Below, in pieces: positions 1-9,715 of a stretch of DNA of 64,000 bases (positions are counted from its first letter, which is position 1; every line of letters begins with the position of its first letter). The DNA is taken from assembly GCA_051362555.1 (NCBI GenBank), contig CM120649.1:310001-374000 (forward strand). Direction: 5' to 3'. A program made the position numbers and the translations under genes. The DNA comes from Lingula anatina. Its lineage: Eukaryota > Animalia > Brachiopoda. Under the pieces are notes generated by a model. It was not told the origin of the DNA, did not search any database, and saw only the letters and a list, made by a program, of their open reading frames with translations.

Positions 1-1802
1 CAAATTAAGTCTAGTTGGTTGACATTTCTATTGTGACAAAGCTACGAAAACGAAAAGAAACGCTTCCTGAAAGAAAAAACGTAGACATGATTTCAGATAT
101 TTTTTGTCAATTGTCTTGAGAATTTTCATTTTGTGCATACATGTACATGTGCACAACATTTAACTTTTCCCTTTGGAACATCGTTTGTCTTTTTAATGGC
201 CATAGCCTTATGTAAGAAATAAACGATGGTTTTATCATTTTTTTTAAGTTTCTTAAAATTTGATATACAGAGAAGATCAATATATTTCTTCCATATTAAG
301 AACAAAGGGGTTCAAACTTTAAAGACACTTACTGTTTCAAACTGATGACATAATCCTTACATCAGATTATTTTGCACTCAGATGTCTTCCTGGCAATTGT
401 CCACAACTTAAATTTTACCTGCTCAAGTCAATGAAAATCAAATCACTTCGTGGTAAAGATCTTATCTGCGTCGTCTTGGGATTCCCATCAGCGTGAAAAG
501 CTCAACTCTATCAGTCAAACAAATCTCAGCAGCCAAAATTTGAAAATTTTCCACAGAATGTTTTTAACGCTGGTTACTTTTATATCGTGGTGCTATGCTA
601 TTTAAACGGTCTGATATTTTCAGTTTACTCCAGAATCTGCTATACAAGGGAATTAATCTCCATATTATGCAATGTAATCGCGTTGTTAAGTACACGTCGT
701 CATGGAGACCAGATAAAGAATAAAAGACTTTGCCTGTTGGGCTGCTTGCTTTGCTTGCTGTACTGAGAGACACCCTGCGTGTAACACGGTAGATCTGCCA
801 AGACTTAAATTTTCCTCCCCGTCTTCAAATCAGAAATAAAAGAAGACTACAGTTATAGCGAATGGCAATTAACTTCAAGTATAAATGATCACGATCTTTG
901 TACCCGGGGTTTGAAGGATACTCATGGCCTATTCAAATAACTGTAGAGAGCTGATAACGAAGAAAAGATCGGTTCAGTTAAGGAGAATGCTGTGTTGATC
1001 ACACATAAAAAAACACCCTGAGTCTAGAGCTCTAGGGTGATTGGCCTGTATAAAAAAATGAAAAAGAATGAAAAATTGTGTTCAGATTGTTTAATAAACC
1101 TATTTACATTTATTTGTCCATATGTACAAGTTTTTTAAAGGCGAGAGAGATAGAAGGGGGGAAGTTAGAGAGGGGGGGGGAGGGACTCTTCGAATTAACT
1201 TCGAATTCCACTGTTGTTCAGATAAAGAAAACGATATCTTTCGAAAACAACATTTCTTTAAATAAAGAGAGAAGTTAACATAATTAAGCTACATAAATAG
1301 GCTTACAAGCATCCCAAAAGTTGACAAGTTAAAATAAGTAAACACAATTATGCTACCTGTATACATGCATCTTAACAGTTGCAAGTTAAATATTCACAGT
1401 TTAAAACGTGTGCAAATATATATCCTCTTCACCTGAACTAGTCTCACCCTCACTGTTGGGTTTGTACACGCAACTTTCAAATAAGGCGACTTGTGACGTC
1501 ATTTAAAACTAAACCAGTCCCAGGTCAATTACGGTTTATGACGCTGTGGGTGATGTTCCAGGTGTAGTTATTGCCATATATAAGCCAGTTTTCCTTTATG
1601 TCGCTTACGGTTTATTAAGTACCACCTGTACACACTACATTCCTTTTACAATCTCATGGTTCTATTACCATTGTCTACACAAAGCGGCCAAAGAATGAGA
1701 AAATACATATTATCTCCCCAACTATTTAATCAATATAAAATAATAAAGCAGATCTATACAACAAACTGTAATTTACATCATCAGCGTCTAATGGTTGAAG
1801 TT

Positions 1803-3524
1803 CTAAATGTGTGAGATATTTTCCGTCAAACTGGCAGCACCAATGTCATTTTCATAAATGCTATCAACAACGTAACAGTAAGAACCGTCTCTCTGTCCCA
1901 GGGGGATGCCGTGGTCTTTTGAACCGATGTACGAGTAATCATACGTTTTATTTTCTAAATCACCACAGGAAACATGGGGCTCATGCTCGATTTGATTATG
2001 ATATCTTTGACCTGGAACTTCTCCTTGTTCCTGACCTTTACCTTCACCTTGACCTCTAAGTAAAGACTGGTAATTATGAGCGGTATGATCAGAGGGAAGA
2101 ATAGACTCATACTGGTTGGAATAACTATGTACATGTATTTGTCCTTGGCCTCGGTCCTGATCACAAATTCTAATTTTACCTTCATTCTGACTTTTTAGTA
2201 AAGACTGGTAATCAACTTCACCTTCACTGCGACCTTCACCTTCAGTTTGACCTTCACCGCGTGCTCTGAGCAAAGCCTGGTAGTCATTATTACACACTTG
2301 GTTGTGAGAGGCGGTTACTTCATGTAGCTCAAGATCATTTTGAAACTGTCCTTTCTGATCTTCATAGTTTCCGTGACCTTGACCTCCACATCCAGATTCG
2401 TCACGACCTTTATTTTTACCATGGACTATGAGTTCTGCCTTTCGACACCCGCAACATTTGAAAATGCAGAAAATGCCAACAAAAAGAAGCACCAAAAAAC
2501 AAAACCCAGCTATTATGGGGACCACAATTAATAAATGTGGATCTAGAGAAATTATGCCGGGTTCATTTGTTGCTGATGCTGTGGTGGGGTTAGTATTACT
2601 TGATGTGACGTCAGCTATTCTGATTGATCTAATATTGGAAACCGTGGTGTGGGAAATGTTGATATCAGTCGTTCGGTCCATCATGAGACTGGCTGTTTCA
2701 TGAGAAGTGCAGTTATCTGGCATTATGCTACATTTGGATAAGGGGTTTGCCCTACACTCTAACGCAATCCGAAAACCCAGAGAGAAAGACGTTGCTAGCT
2801 TGACGCTACCATTTACGTATAACCACTGCAGAACGCACGGGCACTGTCTCGCGGCAACGATAGGATTCATATCGAGAAAAACATATCGCAGATTGGGCAA
2901 AATTTTAAAAGTACAGTAGTCAATTTCAGCAATTTGATTTTCTCGAAGATCCAGACCCCGCAAACTTGTCCCGATGTGAACAAATGCTGTAGGTGAGACG
3001 GTCGCAATCTCATTGCCATTCAGCGTCACAACCGCCAGTGCCCTCCAAGCACCCTGGAAATCCCGTGCTTGTAAGGAGCGGATTTGATTAAAACTAACAT
3101 GCAATTCAATCAGAGAAGACAACTCGGGAAGTAGTGATTCTCCGGGTATATTTGTCAGTTCATTATAGTCTAGATAGAGGTATTCTAGAGTCTCTAAGTT
3201 AGAGAATGCATTCTTTTCAATCGTCCGTATTCGGTTATGTCGAAGTTGTAGACGTGACACGTTTAGTAGTCGCATGTTTTGGAATGCGTTTGCGGGGAGG
3301 ATGGTTAGGCTGTTATTATCCAGAGATAGCCTGCTAACTGTACCTTGTGTTTCCGAACTAAAAATAACAGGTATGGTAGTTAAGCCTAGGTTTATGCAGT
3401 CTACATCGGTCACAGGTGGGTAGTTGTTGACATCGCAACTACACACGCTTGTCACTGATGAACAAACATTCCCACAGGTTTCCTGAATCAGTATGAGAAA
3501 CAACAGGAACGATTTTATCTTCAT
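1803..3524 (-). CDS. Leucine-rich-repeat single-pass transmembrane receptor-like protein (573 aa, no intron in the CDS)
   Basis: Signal peptide MKIKSFLLFLILIQETCG; LRRNT (CSSVTSVCSC...VDC); about 7 LxxLxLxxNxL repeats (e.g. LEYLYLDYNEL, LIELHVSFNQI, LRGLDLRENQI); LRRCT (NPI...CPCVLQWL); Ser/Thr stalk; TM LLIVVPIIAGFCFLVLLFVGIFCIF; ~215-aa cytoplasmic tail with no TIR domain. A likely 5'UTR acceptor (ttccttttcag) precedes 3574. Confidence 0.9.
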   Translation of the reverse strand: MKIKSFLLFLILIQETCGNVCSSVTSVCSCDVNNYPPVTDVDCINLGLTTIPVIFSSETQGTVSRLSLDNNSLTILPANAFQNMRLLNVSRLQLRHNRIRTIEKNAFSNLETLEYLYLDYNELTNIPGESLLPELSSLIELHVSFNQIRSLQARDFQGAWRALAVVTLNGNEIATVSPTAFVHIGTSLRGLDLRENQIAEIDYCTFKILPNLRYVFLDMNPIVAARQCPCVLQWLYVNGSVKLATSFSLGFRIALECRANPLSKCSIMPDNCTSHETASLMMDRTTDINISHTTVSNIRSIRIADVTSSNTNPTTASATNEPGIISLDPHLLIVVPIIAGFCFLVLLFVGIFCIFKCCGCRKAELIVHGKNKGRDESGCGGQGHGNYEDQKGQFQNDLELHEVTASHNQVCNNDYQALLRARGEGQTEGEGRSEGEVDYQSLLKSQNEGKIRICDQDRGQGQIHVHSYSNQYESILPSDHTAHNYQSLLRGQGEGKGQEQGEVPGQRYHNQIEHEPHVSCGDLENKTYDYSYIGSKDHGIPLGQRDGSYCYVVDSIYENDIGAASLTENISHI

Positions 3525-4589
3525 CCTTCAGGCTTGTATCTTGGATGCAAGTGTTTTTGTTTTTTTCACGATAGCTGAAAAGGAAATGAAGTAATTCTTA
3601 TTATGAAAGACAATGGGCAGTTTATAAAGTTCTCTGGCTGTTGAAATGATCTAACCTGTCCAGGTTAAATAAGATTTAGCTGCACTACCAACGCCGTAAA
3701 AGAGAAATACATTTATAGCAATCAATGCGACCCGCAACCTGAACCTTAAAGGCCTTTTAGACTCAGAGACTGTTATGTATTAAGTTTAAATCTCATTAGT
3801 TACATTAATTAATGAGATTTAAACCAAAATTAAAGATAACACCTCTGTAAAGGTCATATAAAGTTGCGTTTAATGAATAGTTTGATTGGAATTTGTATTT
3901 AATACTATGCACTTTACATTTTTCTACATAGTATAAATATCAAGTATAATGTGAAACAAAACAACAAATGTCTGTGTTGTCACATGCATAGTCACCAGTA
4001 GGCCAACGTAGTTCAACATCTTTAGTAGACAAACCGATTAACTATTAACGCTCTTCACGTCGTTGGATGCCAATTTCACTTACACACTGTAGCCTACAAT
4101 CCTCTCTTGGATATACAAAGACTTACGTTTAACTTATTCTTGCAGAGTTGGTATTCTTATAGACAAACTGCAATGTTCTTCCTCTCTCTCCTGTCGTTTA
4201 GCTTGGAGTCTGTGTACGCAATACATTTTAACAAAATCCACTTCACTGTCACGTGCCCCTATTCCGAAACAAAGACGTGAGACCTCACCGCATCCGGGAA
4301 CTATTTTTAGCGCAAACAAGGAAATCTGAGTACAACTTTACAAAATAAAGGCTACAAGAAGTATGTGCTTATACAGTGTATGTAAACAGCAAAGTGAAGT
4401 AGTTTAACGTGACAGTCAGAAATAAATACTCACGATTTTATTTTTTTTTTCAGTTGAGTCATGACTCGCAAGCATCTAAAAAGACGCAGTGGGAACTAGA
4501 CCACCTCATTCTCGCGGGAAGCAGGTGCATGGGTTTGTGTCAATTTAGATAAAATAATGCTTATCAATGACGTGGTTCAATAAGTGGAA

Positions 4590-4592
<3 letters not shown>

Positions 4593-4625
<33 letters not shown>

Positions 4626-4631
4626 GTGTGT
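4593..4631. repeat. (GT)n microsatellite
   Basis: Direct read. Confidence 0.9.
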
Positions 4632-5975
4632 CTTGGGTTGGGAGGAGGGGTTTAGACCCTTTTAACAGGGAGAGCAAGCGTAGGACCGCTATATAAAATA
4701 AATAAAGGAAAGAATTTAATCAACACTGATGGATTTTACTAAAGAGGAGGCAATACGAGGAAAAAACGAGTGGAAGGGGGATTAAGGAAGGATGTTTATG
4801 TTGTCCTGCTGCGCAGACAACCTTGTAGTTTTCAATTTCCAGTATTTTTTTATGGTAAATAAGATAATTAATCAATGGATATATGCTCTCGTTATATACA
4901 AATTAAAAACCTAATGCACTCATTATGGAATAATTGGACGGGCTAATGCCTGTTGTTGGATCAAATAAAATTTACGTACAATGTCACGTTTACATTCGTC
5001 ATTACAAAAAGTGAACATTTTGGTTTAACTGGTCATTTTTTTAATCATTAAACATGGTGACAAAATTAGCATGCCCATATGCACTCTGAATAAATACGCT
5101 TAAATAAAACGTGTTTAAAATAAATATTCTACTATTGCAAATAATACATTAATACTGGGTATTTATAACAGTTTCTTTATTATCAGAATCAAAATATTAA
5201 TGATAAAACAGCATATTTAAACGTATAATTTTCACGAGCTGCCCAAATTCAGCGGAGTAGCGGAGAGAAATTCGGGAGGCGGTCGCCGTTCGGATACACG
5301 CATTGCTTCTGGCTGGGGAAAGCTCCCATAACTAGAGCGTCCTAGCGCTCCACGGTACCTGGTCACTGGCGCACGCTGGGGGAAGTACTTCTCAGGACCG
5401 GGGAGCTTTTCGTGGCCCTTACCTGGAATACATTAGATATAAGCTTATTAAAAATAACTACCATTAATAATCGGTTATTTACACTGGTACTGCCATAGAA
5501 GGCTTTATAATTTAGTGATACACGATATGACCCTATTTATATAACGAATGGTACTATTTATATTTATAACGTACGCTGCCACCGGACATATGCTGCAATA
5601 ATCTATATTATTATACTGCGTTCTATAATATCAGTGAGTTGTGTTTAAGTTTTTTTAGATATATTTCTTTTTACTTTTGATTGATTGTTAAATAAAATAC
5701 GGAAAATGTGGTGATTATACGGGTACGTTAGAAACAAGATGGAAGGAGGCGTGTTAATCTGTTAATCTGATAACATTCAGCAAGACTCCCTGTAGAGTAA
5801 GTACGCACTAGCTAGGACGATAGGTTCATTGTGAACTCACCCATCATGGCGTTAATCATACATGTACCATAACCCTCAGGTCTGTTTACTGCTGTACTGT
5901 CGTCTTTAAAACACTGGTGTACAGCCCCCAGGTACGTGACGTCATTCTCAGCTGAAAGAACGACAGAAAATGGTG

Positions 5976-6522
5976 CAAAGGCATTCACAATGTAAGTTTT
6001 CTACATCTCAAGGGGCATGTTGACTTGGCTTCTGTATGTTTCAAACTTGATTTGTTAACTTTGATACACTGCCCTTGACTGCAAAAGGGCATAAAATATT
6101 GTAAAGTACAGTACATAGGTATGCATTGGTAGAAAAATCGTTGAAGCCGAATATGATATTTTTGTAACGACCCAGAAAAATAGACATGCATATGTTATGC
6201 TGAATACTTAAAAGTTTTGTTGAAATATTGATAAACGCAGTACAAAGACATTCACACTGTAAGTTTTACATATGTCACGCTGACTTGGCCCCTGTACATG
6301 TATGTTTCAGATAAGACTTATGTTGTCATCTTAAAAACACCGTCCTTGTCCGCAAAGAATCACGTCACATAAAATATTATGAAATACAGTACATGAGTGT
6401 TCAATCCGCTGCACTGGTTAAAATATCGTTGAAGTCATACATGTAATTTTTTGTAAGTACGATCCAGAAAAATATAAATGTATATAATAAGATAAAGACT
6501 TTTAAAAATTGTTGAAATTGAT
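5976..6522. repeat. Diverged tandem duplication, unit about 270 bp
   Basis: CATTCACA.TGTAAGTTTT...TGACTTGGC...CATAAAATATT...ATCGTTGAAG..CCAGAAAAAT...TTGTTGAAAT occurs twice. Confidence 0.75.
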
Positions 6523-8749
6523 TCTAAAAGTTTAAAAATACGGAGGTTATTGAAAAGGATGATTTAAGGATTAATTAAGTCTGCAAGATCAAACGGAAAA
6601 CTCCCCTCTTTCATATTCTTGTGCATATTTCTTACCATAAAAATAGCAGTCCCCATTTTTGTTACAAGGGACATTTTTAATGCACTTCCCTGTCCAGGCT
6701 TGGCACAGCGTGCGGCCGTCAGGGTCGTGACAGTCCAGTGACGTGGTACAGGGGACCTGAATTAATAACAGTAAATTTCCAATCTGTGCCTTAACATTTT
6801 CAGCTCACTGGTTCCTACGACTAAGACTATTATGGTTCAGAAATCTACGCTGCCAACCCTCTACAAGGAATCAGCTGAGTGAAGACGTCAACTACGTGAG
6901 CACATTCTCGATGGACAGTGCAGAAAAGTGAACAAAACTAGTCTGAGAATTAACTGAATATCTGTAAAAATTATTCCATGACCCTGATAGAGTACAGTGT
7001 ATACACAGCATACAATGAACACGATGAAAACTATGCTTAGTGAAATACAATGTCAAATATTTGCAATCGTTAAATAAAGTGAGTACAGTGGAATAAGCGA
7101 TTATTTACAGCAGTATTACACTTTTCGGGAAGTATTAAAGATACATGCACTAAACGGACCCAAAACTACAGCTGGGGACCTGATAATTAACATAAAGCAG
7201 CAGAGGAGTTTCAATACAGAACTACCAATAAAAGTTACGTGCTATAATAAGGAGTTAAACTAATACAATCTTAGAATGTGCTTAATTAATAAGCCAAATT
7301 ATAAAACTTACCGCAATTGCTGAAAAGATACAGGTAACAAAAACGAAAATTAACAAAGCAGTATTTGCCATTTTAGCGGAGGGACCGATCTACCCAGTAA
7401 GCGCTGTTGAAAACTGTAGCTCAGCGTTAAATGCGAACTTCGTTTATAGGCCTTCTGCTCACATTTATAGACAATGTTCTAATACAATGACATAAACTCG
7501 ATTTGGAAGTTATTTCCCCTCATTTGCATTGACAAGTCTGGAAACATTAAAGTAATAAAAAATAATAATAATGTCTATTATGTACATGCTGGTGTTCAAC
7601 GAAGTCTATAATTTCTATCAGGGCATTTCCTGGCTATCCGGAGCTTAAGGACAAGGACGGATCCAGGATGATTGCTTATGTTACAGGACTGGAGGGGGGC
7701 ATGGATAAAAATGATTGCCGCAGCTTGTTTTTTTTTCCCGGCAAATAAACCAGAAAACAAGGGCAAATTAATGTTTTAGCATGTTAAAACATGTTGGGTA
7801 CAGGGATGAAAAAAACTAACTTGATTTTTTCTTGTTTCACTGAGGAGGAAGATACAGAAAGTGGTTCCTCAGAGATTAATTGAGGGACACGTGTCAGGTG
7901 CAACATTCTTCTCCGCCATGACAATGCTGGAAGGCGACATCAGTAGATAGGCTATATATATTATAAGAGCCGTAGTAACATAAAACGGCACCGACATATG
8001 TTCAGGCAGCCGTAGAAGAGAGATGATCGAGTTTCTATGGACCTCCTTCTATAAAACTCAAGGTGATCAAGTGCATTACCCAAATCCTGCTTGTTGGATA
8101 TTTTACTCATATAGCCTATTAATTACATTATATTGTATTAGGCCTATAGCCTATAGGGCCTACGTCCCTATGTGGTTTCCAAACGCGTGTTGGGGTCTTC
8201 ATGCCTAACTGTAGGTTAATTATTAATGTTGCTTTTCATTTCATGTGACCCCCCCCCCCCCAAAATCAGCTAGAAAGGTGGATTAATATAGATAGGGCCT
8301 ATAACGCTGTATAGGCCTATAAACACAGATTGCACCTTTTATAAACTCATAACCCCCCTCCTTAAATATTCAAATCATATTTGATGTACAAGCTGTTGTT
8401 AAAGTTTGATTATGTGAGAAAATGGGCTCACCGACCCAAAGTATTTGTGTTCAATAAAGTCGTCTTTAAGCTGAAAGGACCAAGCAGAAAAAGTGATTAG
8501 AACTATGGCCAAGAGAACACTTGTTGGTGTAGGTTCGAAAGCGAGGCTTGTATTTGGATTTTTCACTAGAATGACTGCTTGGAGAGTATTTTGATTAATT
8601 TTCGTATTGTAACATTTTAAACGATATGGTGTAAATGGTGTTATGCATGTTTATACGATAATTAATAATGTACTTGAAAATATTGTTTAGAAATAAAATG
8701 AATAGACTTTTAGTATTTTAATTATAAGAAATGATATAAGATAGGTATA

Positions 8750-8784
8750 CCGGAAGTTCTGTCAAAGCGAGGTTAATCCGCCAT
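8750..8784 (+). promoter_or_regulatory. PSMD1 core promoter motifs: ETS/GABP CCGGAAGT (8750-8757) and YY1-like CCGCCAT (8778-8784)
   Basis: Motif matches 80-115 nt upstream of the ATG, typical of TATA-less housekeeping promoters. Confidence 0.55.
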
Positions 8785-8864
8785 ACTACTTCATGTGGTG
8801 ACACCGGCTTTTTGTTTTGAATCAAACATTCAGCGATTACGACGTTTCTGGAGAATCAAAAATA

Positions 8865-9680
8865 ATGAGAATGCAGATCACGTCAGCAGGTAATATTCCC
8901 TATCTTTTATATATAGTGGTTTTACGCATATTTTACTATTTAAGAAAATACTTGGTTTTAAATACAGCGGTAGAATTGTGCGTCTGTTCATTGTGTGCTG
9001 AGTCACTGTCAGGTTCTAGATTTATTTCTAATAATGTGAGTGAAATGCTTGAATTTTAGTATTTATACAGTGATGAAACCCATGACAATACGTTCAACAT
9101 TTTTCACTTTAATCCATTTGTTTTTATTTTGAACAGAAATATATATGGTGTATTTTTTTTCTTGGCAACAACATCATTGAAGATGGTTTTGAAATTATAA
9201 TATTGCTGAGATTTAGAGCTCAAACACAACATATGTGGATGTATAGTACTTCTGTTTAAAATATTTTAAATAATACTCTACTGAATGTTAATTCTAGCTG
9301 GCATACTTGCCCTGCTGGAGGAACCAGAGCCTGAAGTTAAGGTAGGTGGATACAACATGCAGCGATCTCATGTGTGTGTATGGTCATGTGTGTGTGTGTG
9401 TATGCTCATCATCATGTGTGTGTGTGTATGCTCATGTGTGTGTGTGTGTGTATGCTCGTGTGTGTATGTGTGTGTGTGTGTGTATGCTCATGTGTGTGTG
9501 TTATAGTGACTGGCCAGTAAAGACCAGGCTTGATAGCTCAGTGGTAGAGCACTCGTATGGTTAGCAAGCATCCCAGAATTGGTCCTCAGTCAAGTCAGGC
9601 ATATTCCCCCCAAAAAGGCATTACAATGGTGGCAGCGGTGTACAGAGTGGTGGACTCCATCCTTTGGCTTTTGAGAGAGT

Positions 9681-9715
<35 letters not shown>

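Noticed and set aside
1803-3524. Toll-like receptor
   Set aside because: No TIR domain and too few LRRs.
3784-3824. 15-bp-stem hairpin (GTTTAAATCTCATTA...TAATGAGATTTAAAC) as a miRNA or terminator
   Set aside because: Too short and AT-rich for a pre-miRNA; probably the centre of a decayed palindromic element.
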